DNA of 64,000 nucleotides from Bacteroidota bacterium. GTDB lineage: Bacteria > Bacteroidota > Bacteroidia > 2-12-FULL-35-15. Position numbers and translations under genes: made by a program. The notes under the pieces were generated by a model that had not been told where the DNA came from, ran no database searches, and saw only the letters and a program-made list of their open reading frames with translations. Every line of letters begins with the position of its first letter. Position 1 is the first letter of the stretch. This document shows, in pieces, positions 9,575 through 18,738 of the stretch. The stretch is taken from positions 126,511 to 190,510 of the forward strand of contig PLYN01000045.1 of the NCBI GenBank assembly GCA_003151815.1, written 5' to 3'.

Positions 9575-10102
9575 ATGACCGATGAGCAAATTGTAGATGG
9601 TTGCATTAAAAAAAATGCCATTGCTCAGAAATATTTATATGATAAATTTTCCCGTAAAATGATGGGCGTATGCCTACGTTATTGCGATAGTGAACAAGAA
9701 GCAGAGGATGTATTGCAAAATGGATTCATTACTGTATTCGGTAATTTAGAATCATATAAAGGAACAGGTTCTTTTGAAGGTTGGATCAGAAAAATAATGG
9801 TAAACACTGCGCTTACCAATATTAGAAAAAATAAAAAATTCAAACAAAACATTGCATTGGATAGCGTGGAGTTCATGATTCCGGCAACAAACCATACAGG
9901 TGATAATTTTGCAGCTCAGGATTTGTTAAAAATAATACAACAATTACCAACAGGAAGTAGAACAGTTTTTAATTTATATGCAATAGAAGGCTATTCCCAC
10001 AATGAAATAGCGGAGATGTTAAATATTTCAGAAGGCACATCTAAATCGCAATATTCAAGAGCAAGGGCATATTTACAAAAAGTAATACCATCAGATAGAT
10101 AA
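9575..10102 (+). CDS. ECF RNA polymerase sigma-70 factor
   Basis: Region 2 (AEDVLQNGF, SFEGWIRKI) and region 4 (GYSHNEIAEMLNISEGTSKSQYSRAR). Confidence 0.95.
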   Translation: MTDEQIVDGCIKKNAIAQKYLYDKFSRKMMGVCLRYCDSEQEAEDVLQNGFITVFGNLESYKGTGSFEGWIRKIMVNTALTNIRKNKKFKQNIALDSVEFMIPATNHTGDNFAAQDLLKIIQQLPTGSRTVFNLYAIEGYSHNEIAEMLNISEGTSKSQYSRARAYLQKVIPSDR

Positions 10103-10106
10103 GGAA

Positions 10107-11132
10107 ATGAAAGAAAATGATATTGATGATTTATTTAAAAAATCGTTCGACAACTTTGAAGCCAAAGTAAAACCGAGCGTTTGGAAAAATATTCAAGTTG
10201 GATTAAAATGGGGCGGAGCCGGGCTGGTGGTTAAATTTATCTTAAATAAGATAGGTGCCAACACTGTTGTTGCTGTCCTTTCATCTGCAGCTACTGTAAT
10301 TAGTACCGTAATGGTGATGAATTGGACCCATGGCAATGCTGACAAAACTCCTTTAGAAGTAAATAAAACCCAAACCGAATCAATAGCTACTGTTGAAAAA
10401 TCTGCCCATATAATTAATTCTGATGCCACAGAACCAATCAAACCAATTGCTGAAGAACAAAAAATAGAAAATGTAAAAACACTTTTAACGAATGAAGTTA
10501 AGGTAGATAAACACGAACAAAAAACCGAATCTCAACCGGAAACAGATGCTGTTGAATATGTTAAAGCAGACCATCAAAAAATGAAATCGGTTATTACAAC
10601 CTTTTCCGAACAATCAATTGCCTCTATTTCTGCAAGTCCTGTAGGTGGTTCAGTTCCTTTAATTGTCAATCTGATGAATACCGGAAATGGCAGTACCAAT
10701 AAGTGGACATACAGTGATGGAAAAAAAGAGAACAATAGTTCGAACCCTGTTCATGTATTTGAAGCACCGGGTATTTATTCAATAACACTTACTTCAACAA
10801 ATGCTGAAGGGAAAACTGCAGTTGATAGCATACGAATTGAAGTTACAGGAAATTCATCCATATCATCTATTCCAACTTTGTTTTCACCAAATGGCGATGG
10901 AATAGCGGATGTATTTACTTTTCAAAGTAAAAATATGATCAATATGAAGGTTGAAATTTTCGATAAAAAAGGAATCATATTTTACAAATGGCTTGGTAAT
11001 GGCGGTAAATGGGATGGAAGAAATCTGAAAGGTGAAAAAGCCAAAGAAGGTACTTATTTTTATATTATAAGCGCCGAAGGTGTTGATGGTAAAAAGTACG
11101 AACAAAAAGGAGCAATAAACCTAGCCAGATAA
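10107..11132 (+). CDS. Anti-sigma-like membrane protein with PKD domain and T9SS type B (gliding-motility-associated) C-terminal domain
   Basis: N-terminal DDLFKKSFDNFE..P..VW..I, one hydrophobic segment, low-complexity linker, PKD (NPVHVFEAPGIYSITLT), then FSPNGDG...WDG...GTYFYII. Confidence 0.75.
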   Translation: MKENDIDDLFKKSFDNFEAKVKPSVWKNIQVGLKWGGAGLVVKFILNKIGANTVVAVLSSAATVISTVMVMNWTHGNADKTPLEVNKTQTESIATVEKSAHIINSDATEPIKPIAEEQKIENVKTLLTNEVKVDKHEQKTESQPETDAVEYVKADHQKMKSVITTFSEQSIASISASPVGGSVPLIVNLMNTGNGSTNKWTYSDGKKENNSSNPVHVFEAPGIYSITLTSTNAEGKTAVDSIRIEVTGNSSISSIPTLFSPNGDGIADVFTFQSKNMINMKVEIFDKKGIIFYKWLGNGGKWDGRNLKGEKAKEGTYFYIISAEGVDGKKYEQKGAINLAR

Positions 11133-11233
11133 AATTTTAAATTTCATACTGATTAGTGCAAATGATGCACAGAGTTTCCCCACATAAAATAGACAAAATA
11201 TTTTTTTGTTTGAACATCAACTAAACTATTCCT

Positions 11234-11262
11234 TTTGGTCAGGATTTGTAATCCTGACCAAA
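11234..11262. repeat. REP-like palindrome TTTGGTCAGGATT-tgt-AATCCTGACCAAA
   Basis: Perfect 13-bp stem; second near-identical copy at 36653. Confidence 0.85.
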
Positions 11263-11327
11263 GAATAATTCATTCCCTCTCTCTAAATTAAGTAATTTTT
11301 AACCCCTCCCTGTATGGAAAAATCCAT

Positions 11328-11335
11328 TATATTTG
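11328..11335 (+). promoter_or_regulatory. -7 promoter box (TATATTTG) for the porG-like-uppS-bamA-skp cluster
   Basis: Matches TAnnTTTG upstream of the likely TTG start at 11387. Confidence 0.6.
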
Positions 11336-11386
11336 CCTTCCGTTGTAAAAAACACAATAAACACACTAAAAGATAGTTACTTAGGC

Positions 11387-12229
11387 TTGAAAAAATATTT
11401 TTTTATATTTACAATTACCTTACTTCCTACACTTACAGGATTCGCCCAACGCACTCAAAAAAGCAGCGAAATTGGCTTGTTTCTGGGTGGTTGCTATTAT
11501 ATCGGGGACATAAACCCAAATGGACATTTTAGTCAATTTACAAAACCTGCCGGCGGGATTGTCTATCGTTATAATTTTAACCCTCGTTTTGCCGCACGTG
11601 CCAATGCATTGTATGGGCATTATGAGGCGCATGATTCATATTCTAAATCCGCATATCAAAGACAACGTAACTTAAGCGTAAAATCTGAAGTTATCGAGGT
11701 ATCTGCTCAATTCGAATTTAATTTTCAGAATTACGAGATAGGCAAAGATAAATCAATGCTTTCTCCTTACATTTTTATGGGGCTTGGTGGTTTTTATTTT
11801 AATCCTCAAGGGCAGCTTGGCAATGATTGGGTTGATCTTCGTCCTCTGCATACCGAAGGACAAGGACTCGCAGGATCAGCAACAAAAAGCCAGTATAAAC
11901 AACTTCAAATTTCCATTCCTATGGGCGTTGGTGTTAAAGCTGTTTTTTCTAAAGGACTTGGTATTGGTTTTGAATGGGGGATGCGTAAAACATTTACCGA
12001 TTATCTGGATGATGTAAGTAGACGATATTATGATCCTAATTTACTGGCTGCTCAAAAAGGTGCGACGGCCGCTCTAATGTCGGACCCCAGTATTGGAACT
12101 GATCCTAATCACACCAATGTTGGAAAGATGAGGGGAAATTCAACAACAAAAGATTGGTATAATTTTTTTGGAATAGTATTAACAATAAAAATAAATCGAA
12201 AGGCTGACCTCTGTCCTGTTGCGTATTGA
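11387..12229 (+). CDS. DUF6089 / PorG-like outer-membrane beta-barrel protein
   Basis: Signal peptide from TTG 11387 (MKKYFF...GFA-Q); motifs YxGDI, RNLS, L.TEGQ, RKTFTDYLDDVS, KDWY; typical position before uppS. Confidence 0.78.
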   Translation: MKKYFFIFTITLLPTLTGFAQRTQKSSEIGLFLGGCYYIGDINPNGHFSQFTKPAGGIVYRYNFNPRFAARANALYGHYEAHDSYSKSAYQRQRNLSVKSEVIEVSAQFEFNFQNYEIGKDKSMLSPYIFMGLGGFYFNPQGQLGNDWVDLRPLHTEGQGLAGSATKSQYKQLQISIPMGVGVKAVFSKGLGIGFEWGMRKTFTDYLDDVSRRYYDPNLLAAQKGATAALMSDPSIGTDPNHTNVGKMRGNSTTKDWYNFFGIVLTIKINRKADLCPVAY

Positions 12230-12376
12230 GTTTAAAGTTTTAAAGTTCAAAGTTTTTGAGATCACAACAGAATATCAATGTAGGAAGATGAATTTAAAAG
12301 CAGTTTGAAACAGTAGAATAACAATTCACAAAGTAAAAAATTAGACGCGCAACTTTAAAACTTTGAACTTTAAACT
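12229..12376. repeat. Inverted 7/8-mer array (AGTTTAA/AGTTCAA family) with ~96-nt spacer
   Basis: Left arm AGTTTAAAGTTTTAAAGTTCAAAGTT 12229-12254; right arm AACTTTAAAACTTTGAACTTTAAACT 12351-12376. Confidence 0.9.
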
Positions 12377-12382
12377 AATTAA

Positions 12383-13123
12383 ATGAGCTTAAAAGATAAA
12401 ATTAATCCTGAAACATTACCACAACACATTGCTATTATCATGGATGGTAATGGAAGGTGGGCTAAACAACATGGTGCGGATCGGATTTTTGGTCATGAGA
12501 ATGGTGTAAAATCGGTGCGTGATACTGTTGAAGCCGCTGCTGAAGTGGGAGTGAAATTTCTTACATTATATGCATTTTCAACTGAAAATTGGAATCGTCC
12601 TCAGGAGGAAGTGATTGCACTGATGCAGTTACTTGTGCATACTATTAATGCTGAAACAAAAACATTGAACAAGAATAGCATCCGCTTGCAAGCCATTGGT
12701 GATTTAAAAAGTTTACCGGTTGATTGTTATAATGAGCTACAGGAAGCTATTGACAATACAAAAAATAATACCCGAATGACACTTGTGCTGGCTTTAAGCT
12801 ATAGTTCACGCTGGGAGATTACGAATGCGGTTAAACAAATTGCTGAAAAAATAGAAAACAAAACGCTATCCGTTGCAGAAATAAATGAAAATACCATCAA
12901 TTCTCATCTCTGCACAGCTAATATACCCGATCCGGAACTAATGATTCGTACAAGCGGAGAGAACCGTATCAGTAATTTTTTGTTGTGGCAGTTGGCATAT
13001 ACCGAACTGTATTTTACCGAAAAATTATGGCCGGATTTTAGAAAAGAAGATCTATACCTCGCCATACTTAATTATCAAACCCGTGAACGCAGGTTTGGAA
13101 AAACGAGTGAGCAAATAGTTTAA
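12383..13123 (+). CDS. uppS: Isoprenyl transferase (undecaprenyl diphosphate synthase)
   Basis: HIAIIMDGNGRWA, YAFSTENWNRP, IRTSGENRISNFLLWQ. Confidence 0.97.
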   Translation: MSLKDKINPETLPQHIAIIMDGNGRWAKQHGADRIFGHENGVKSVRDTVEAAAEVGVKFLTLYAFSTENWNRPQEEVIALMQLLVHTINAETKTLNKNSIRLQAIGDLKSLPVDCYNELQEAIDNTKNNTRMTLVLALSYSSRWEITNAVKQIAEKIENKTLSVAEINENTINSHLCTANIPDPELMIRTSGENRISNFLLWQLAYTELYFTEKLWPDFRKEDLYLAILNYQTRERRFGKTSEQIV

Positions 13124-13171
13124 CAATACTATATTCCACATTTGTAATTTACATTATAAAACAAATAAATA

Positions 13172-13190
13172 AACAGGTTGAAAACCTGTT
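13172..13190. repeat. Short palindrome AACAGGTT-gaa-AACCTGTT
   Basis: 8-bp stem between uppS and bamA; a partial ACAGGTTGAAAAC recurs near 26080. Confidence 0.55.
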
Positions 13191-13205
13191 ATTACAACAC
13201 TTACG

Positions 13206-15752
13206 ATGTACAAAAAAATTGCTGTATTGTTTTATTTTTCAATAGTTACAACTGTATTAAAAGCTCAAAACCCATCTGCTGGAAAGGATTCCACATCCTT
13301 TGATTTTTCTACCCCGAAAGAATACGAAATAGGAGGCATTTTTGTATCCGGCTCCGATCATTTAGATCAAAATGTATTAACATTATTATCCGGATTAAGT
13401 GTTGGAGATAAGGTTCAGGTACCGGGAGATAAATTTTCTACGGCAATTGAAAACTTATGGAAACAAGGACTTTTTGAAGATGTGAAAATTACCGCTACAA
13501 AAATTAAAGGTTCAACTATTTACATAAATATTACTGTTCTCGAACGTCCACGTTTATCAAAATTCATACTCAAAGGTTTGAAAAAAAGTGAAGCCGATGA
13601 TGTACGTGAAAAAATAAAATTGATAAAAGGAAAAGTGCTAACGGATGGATTAATTTCATCTACTTCCTTAATAGTGAAAGAATTTTTTATGAAAAAAGGA
13701 TTTATGGACGTTAAAGTTGTTATAGCAAAAGATAAAGATGAAAAGGTTGAGAATACTGTAATACTTACCATTTCTATTGATAAAGGATCAAAAATAAAAA
13801 TAAAAAATATTAATATTATTGGAACCAACTCCATTCCATTATCGAAACTGCGCAGAACATTAAAGGAAACCAAACCCAAACGATGGTGGAATCCATTTAA
13901 TGCCGGCAAGTTTAAAGAAGAGGATTATGAAAAAGATAAAAAATCACTTATTGCAAAATATAATGAGAAAGGTTTTCGTGATGCAAAAATTGTAAGAGAT
14001 ACTATTTATCGTGTTGAAAAAAACCGTATAAATATTGATATAGTTATTGATGAAGGACACAAATATTATTTTCGTAACATTTCCTGGGTAGGTAATAGTA
14101 AATATTCTAACAGGGAACTTAGTAATATTCTTGGCATCAAAAAAGGTGATATATACGATCAGACTCAATTGGAATCAAAATTATTCATGAATCCCAACGG
14201 CAATGATGTAAGTTCACTATATATGGATGATGGTTATTTGTTTTTTAGTGTGTCACCTGTTGAAACAACAGTTGTAAATGATTCTATTGATCTTGAAATG
14301 CGTATTTTTGAAGGTAAGCAAGCAACCATCAATAAAATAACCATTGTTGGCAATTCCAAAACCAATGACCATGTTATTCTTCGTGAAATACGCACCAAAC
14401 CCGGTCAATTGTTTCGCAGGTCAGATATTATTCGTACCCAACGCGAGTTATCTCAATTAGGTTATTTTGATCCGGAAAAAATGAATGTTACGCCCACTCC
14501 CAACCAAGCTACAGGTACTGTTGATATTGAATATAAAGTGGAAGAAAAACCTTCTGACCAAATCGAACTTTCAGGAGGTTATGGTAATAAACAAATAGTT
14601 GGAACGTTAGGTGTTTCGTTCAATAATTTTTCCGGGAAAAATTTTTTAAAGAAAAATGCGTGGCGTCCTTTGCCATCCGGTGATGGTCAGCGTTTGAGCG
14701 TTCGTGCACAATCAACCGGAATATATTATCAATCCTATAATATTTCGTTTACCGAACCATGGTTAGGTGGTAAAAAACCAAACGCATTTAGTGTAACTGC
14801 ATATTATTCTGTACAATCAAATGGAATATCAAAGAAAAACTCAACGAGCGAAAATCCACGTACTGACCTTGATATATTGGGCGTCTCGGTTGGTTTAGGT
14901 AAACGTCTGAAAAAACCGGATGATTATTTTACATTATACCAAGAGGTGGATTATGAGTATTATACATTAAATAATTACAGTAGCGGTACTACTCTTTTCT
15001 CTTTTAGTAAAGGCTATTCAAATGAAATTTTTTACAAAGCATCTTTACAACGTAATTCAATTGATAAACCAATTTTTTCAACACGTGGTTCACAAATAGC
15101 TTTAACAGGTCTATTTACTCCGCCATATTCATTATTAAATAATAAAGATTATTCAAATCCGTTGCTGACAGATCAGCAACGATACAAATTTGTAGAGTTT
15201 CAAAAATATAAATTTACTGCGAAATTTTATACTCCAATTACAAATAAACGCGGGGCTGAAGGCAAGGAGGCAAGGAACCTGATATTATACACATCAGCAG
15301 GTTTTGGTTTGTTAGCACCCTATCAAACCAAAGTGGGAGCTGTGCCTTTTGAACGTTTTTATTTAGGGGGAAGTGGATTGACAGGATTTTCATTAGGTGG
15401 TAGAGAAATTATTGCATTAAGAGGTTATGATGATCAATCAATGTCTCCACGGACCGGAGCGGCTTTCATTGCAAAATATTCAATGGAATTGCGTTTTCCG
15501 ATAACAACTAACCCGCAAGCAACAATTTACGTTCTTGGTTTTACCGATGCAGGTAATTCATGGGCTAATGCAAAAGATTTTAATCCGTTTAACGTATATC
15601 GTTCAGCGGGTGCGGGTGTAAGAATATTTTTACCAATGTTCGGGTTACTTGGATTTGATTACGGCTGGAGAATGGATACGTTGCCAACCGCTCCGAACAT
15701 GCAAAAGGGACAATTCCACTTTACTATTGGAGCCTCAATCGGAGAATTGTAA
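13206..15752 (+). CDS. bamA: Outer membrane protein assembly factor BamA
   Basis: POTRA domains; ERFYLGG and IALRGY motifs; located between uppS and skp. Confidence 0.95.
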   Translation: MYKKIAVLFYFSIVTTVLKAQNPSAGKDSTSFDFSTPKEYEIGGIFVSGSDHLDQNVLTLLSGLSVGDKVQVPGDKFSTAIENLWKQGLFEDVKITATKIKGSTIYINITVLERPRLSKFILKGLKKSEADDVREKIKLIKGKVLTDGLISSTSLIVKEFFMKKGFMDVKVVIAKDKDEKVENTVILTISIDKGSKIKIKNINIIGTNSIPLSKLRRTLKETKPKRWWNPFNAGKFKEEDYEKDKKSLIAKYNEKGFRDAKIVRDTIYRVEKNRINIDIVIDEGHKYYFRNISWVGNSKYSNRELSNILGIKKGDIYDQTQLESKLFMNPNGNDVSSLYMDDGYLFFSVSPVETTVVNDSIDLEMRIFEGKQATINKITIVGNSKTNDHVILREIRTKPGQLFRRSDIIRTQRELSQLGYFDPEKMNVTPTPNQATGTVDIEYKVEEKPSDQIELSGGYGNKQIVGTLGVSFNNFSGKNFLKKNAWRPLPSGDGQRLSVRAQSTGIYYQSYNISFTEPWLGGKKPNAFSVTAYYSVQSNGISKKNSTSENPRTDLDILGVSVGLGKRLKKPDDYFTLYQEVDYEYYTLNNYSSGTTLFSFSKGYSNEIFYKASLQRNSIDKPIFSTRGSQIALTGLFTPPYSLLNNKDYSNPLLTDQQRYKFVEFQKYKFTAKFYTPITNKRGAEGKEARNLILYTSAGFGLLAPYQTKVGAVPFERFYLGGSGLTGFSLGGREIIALRGYDDQSMSPRTGAAFIAKYSMELRFPITTNPQATIYVLGFTDAGNSWANAKDFNPFNVYRSAGAGVRIFLPMFGLLGFDYGWRMDTLPTAPNMQKGQFHFTIGASIGEL

Positions 15753-15782
15753 TGTATAAGTTTAATTTTAAAGGATATTGAA

Positions 15783-16301
15783 ATGAAAAAATTAATTTTA
15801 ATTGCAGTCTTTCTATTTGCAACAAATGTTATTACATTTGCACAAAAAATTGGATATGTTGATACGGAATATATTTTAAGTAAAATTCCTGAATACAAAA
15901 CGGCACAAACAGAATTAGATAACATATCCATTCAGTGGCAAAAAGAGATTGAAGCAAAATATACCGAAATTGATAAGATGAATAAAGCTTATGAAGCCGA
16001 ACAAATCTTGCTCACTGACGATATGAAATCAAAACGGGAAAAAGATATTGCTTCAAAAGAAAACGAGGTAAAAGATTTACAAAAACAGCGTTTCGGAATA
16101 GATGGCGAATTATTTAAAAAACGCCAGTCATTAGTAAAACCTATTCAGGATAAAGTATATAATGCAATAAAAGCAATTGCCGAAAAAGGTGCGTATTCGA
16201 TAATTTTTGATAAAGCAAGTGATATAACAATGCTTTACTCAAGTCCAAAACTTGATAAGAGTGATGCAGTATTAAAGCAATTGGGATTACTAAAGAAATA
16301 A
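15783..16301 (+). CDS. skp: OmpH/Skp periplasmic chaperone
   Basis: AQKIGYVDTEYIL; coiled coil; YSIIFDK. Confidence 0.92.
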   Translation: MKKLILIAVFLFATNVITFAQKIGYVDTEYILSKIPEYKTAQTELDNISIQWQKEIEAKYTEIDKMNKAYEAEQILLTDDMKSKREKDIASKENEVKDLQKQRFGIDGELFKKRQSLVKPIQDKVYNAIKAIAEKGAYSIIFDKASDITMLYSSPKLDKSDAVLKQLGLLKK

Positions 16302-16339
16302 ATAGATTAACAATTAATAATTAATAAAAATCCATCACC

Positions 16340-16912
16340 ATGAAGAATAAATTAAAACTAGTTATTATAGGAGTTGTAATAACAGCATGTTCATTTACTA
16401 ATGTATCCGCACAAAAAATTGCACACGTTAATTTAGACTCGTTAATTACCCTTTTACCTGAATCGAAAATTGCACAACAAGGTGTTCAGGAATATGCTAA
16501 GCAATTGGAACAACAAGTTACTGCAATGCAAGCAGAGTTGCAAACCAAATATGCCGAATTTCAGGAAAAATCAAAAGATATGGCTGAATTGGTGCGTGCT
16601 TCAAAAGAAAAAGAATTAAATGATTTGAACCAACGTATTCAGGATTTCCAACAACAAGCGCAAGCCGATTATCAAAAGAAAAGCGCTGAATTTTCAAAAC
16701 CTGTTTACGAAAAAGCGAAAAGAGCCATCGATCAGGTAGCAAGGGAGAACGGTTATAAATATGTGTTAGATACAAGTACAGGCATTGTTCTTTTCTCTGA
16801 ACCTTCCGATGATATTATTGCACTTGTTATTAAAAAACTTGGAGTTGTGCCAAACGCTACCCCTACTCCTATTAATGCTCCTGCAGGAACTCCCCCAACT
16901 CATAAAAAATAA
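16340..16912 (+). CDS. skp: OmpH/Skp periplasmic chaperone (second copy)
   Basis: AQKIAHVN; coiled coil; GYKYVLD. Confidence 0.92.
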   Translation: MKNKLKLVIIGVVITACSFTNVSAQKIAHVNLDSLITLLPESKIAQQGVQEYAKQLEQQVTAMQAELQTKYAEFQEKSKDMAELVRASKEKELNDLNQRIQDFQQQAQADYQKKSAEFSKPVYEKAKRAIDQVARENGYKYVLDTSTGIVLFSEPSDDIIALVIKKLGVVPNATPTPINAPAGTPPTHKK

Positions 16913-16935
16913 AAACTGAAACTCAATTTTTTTTC

Positions 16936-16966
16936 AAAAGCCCCACAAAATTGTGGGGCTTTTTTT
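16936..16966. terminator. Bidirectional intrinsic terminator
   Basis: AAAAGCCCCACAA-aa-TTGTGGGGCTTTTTTT between convergent genes. Confidence 0.9.
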
Positions 16967-16991
16967 GTAATTTTCAATTGATATAAATTAG

Positions 16992-17618
16992 TTAAATGCG
17001 CTCCTCTCTGCGTGGAGAAGGGTTTTTGGGGAGGTCAGAAATAATTCGCAATTTTTTATAAACTGCATCCCGTTTTAATTCGCGAACATCACCGGGCTGC
17101 ATACTCTCTAATCGAATATCTTCAATAGCAATACGAATTAACCGAATACAAGGGAAGCCCACTCCGGCGGTCATTTTACGTACCTGGTGATATTTACCTT
17201 CGGTTAAAGTGAGTTCAATCCATGATGTTGGTAAATTTTCACTGACTGGATGCGCGCGCGCGGGAAGATTTTCTGGTTCTCTTACTTGTTTTACCTTGCA
17301 CGGTTTTGTATTATATTCGCCAGCATCCAAAGCAATGGTTACACCAGCTTCAATTTGTTTTAGCGCTTCAGGAGTAACGATGCCTTGTAACTGAACGAGG
17401 TAGATGCGTTTATGTTCAAATTCCGGATTCAGTAATTTAAAGTTAAGACTTTTATCATTGGTTAAAATCAATAAGCCTTCACTATTTTCATCCAAACGCC
17501 CTAAGGGATAAACATCTTTTGGAAAAATAAAATTTAATGAATCCAAACACTTCTTCTTGTGTGAAGAGGTGAATTGTGAAATTATTTTATAAGGCTTATA
17601 GATAATGTAGTAATTCAT
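16992..17618 (-). CDS. rluE: RsuA/RluE-family rRNA pseudouridine synthase
   Basis: YPLGRLDENSEGLLILT, LTEGKYHQVRKMTA; no S4 domain. Confidence 0.82.
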   Translation of the reverse strand: MNYYIIYKPYKIISQFTSSHKKKCLDSLNFIFPKDVYPLGRLDENSEGLLILTNDKSLNFKLLNPEFEHKRIYLVQLQGIVTPEALKQIEAGVTIALDAGEYNTKPCKVKQVREPENLPARAHPVSENLPTSWIELTLTEGKYHQVRKMTAGVGFPCIRLIRIAIEDIRLESMQPGDVRELKRDAVYKKLRIISDLPKNPSPRREERI

Positions 17619-17628
17619 TTTTTAAACT

Positions 17629-17759
17629 AGTTTAAAGTTCAAAATTAGAAAGTTCAAAGTTGAACGGTTTAAAATAACTTATTTCTTATATCGTTATTCT
17701 CAAGCACTTTGATAATGATTTTTCAATTACTGCAACTTTAAACTTTCTAACTTTGAACT
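17629..17759. repeat. Inverted 7/8-mer array (AGTTTAA/AGTTCAA family) between lipB and rluE
   Basis: Arms 17629-17662 and 17733-17759; one arm overlaps the lipB stop codon. Confidence 0.88.
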
Positions 17760-18459
17760 AAATTATTTCACATTCAAATAGATCAGCAAAATGTTTTTTT
17801 AATTTTTGTTTTACTTCTTCATCGTCCACCTTTTTACCTAACTCTTTATTCATAGATGTAACAGCTTTATCAACAATGCCACAAGGTATAATGTTATTGA
17901 AATACCCCAGATCAACATTTACATTTAGCGCAAAGCCATGCATGGTAACCCATCGGCTGGCGCGTACACCCATTGCACATATTTTTCTTGCTTTCAAAGG
18001 GTTTTCAACATCTATCCATACACCGGTTTCTCCTTTGCTTCTGCTCGATTCTATACCATATTCCGATAATGTTCGAATTACTATTTCTTCTAAAAAACGA
18101 AGGTATTTATGGATGTCGGTAAAAAAATTGTCAAGATCTAAAATAGGGTAGCCAACAATTTGTCCAGGACCATGATAGGTGATATCTCCACCGCGATTTA
18201 TTTTGTAAAACGTAGCATTTTTTTCTTCCAGTTGCTGTTCGTTAATCAGCAAATTTTTTTTGTCCCCGCTATTACCAAGAGTATATACATTAGGGTGTTC
18301 GCAAAAGAGTAAATAGTTTGGTGTTTGCAAAACGAACTCAGAAGAAAGTTTACGATTGTTACTTTTAATTTGAACAACCTCATCAAATAATTTTTCTTGA
18401 TAATCCCAAGCTTGTTTATAATCTATGAGCCCTAAGTCTATCAATTTTACTAGTTGCAT
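17758..18459 (-). CDS. lipB: Lipoyl(octanoyl) transferase
   Basis: EHPNVYTLG, RGGDITYHGPGQ, KICAMG, HGFALN, IIPCG. Confidence 0.97.
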   Translation of the reverse strand: MQLVKLIDLGLIDYKQAWDYQEKLFDEVVQIKSNNRKLSSEFVLQTPNYLLFCEHPNVYTLGNSGDKKNLLINEQQLEEKNATFYKINRGGDITYHGPGQIVGYPILDLDNFFTDIHKYLRFLEEIVIRTLSEYGIESSRSKGETGVWIDVENPLKARKICAMGVRASRWVTMHGFALNVNVDLGYFNNIIPCGIVDKAVTSMNKELGKKVDDEEVKQKLKKHFADLFECEII

Positions 18460-18510
18460 TTTATTTTGGTTGTTTATTGCAGGCTCTATATGATATGTTT
18501 TGGTAATTTA

Positions 18511-18710
18511 AACCACATAGAAACATAGTTTTATTGATAGTTGTTCTTTGTAGCTATTGGGAATATTTGAGAAGTTTTCATAGTTTTGAAGCTACGCTTC
18601 AAAAGATGTTCTTAAATCTATGTTAAAAATTTATTTTTCTATCTAACATCTCTTTTTAATGTTCTGGTAATAATGTTTACAAACAAAAATGATTATGTTT
18701 CTATGTGGTT
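18511..18710. repeat. Perfect 17-bp inverted repeat element with internal hairpin
   Basis: AACCACATAGAAACATA (18511-18527) / TATGTTTCTATGTGGTT (18694-18710); internal TTTTGAAGC-tac-GCTTCAAAA at 18584-18604. Confidence 0.88.
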
Positions 18711-18738
18711 AAAAATTTTTTACTAATAGAATTCTCTC

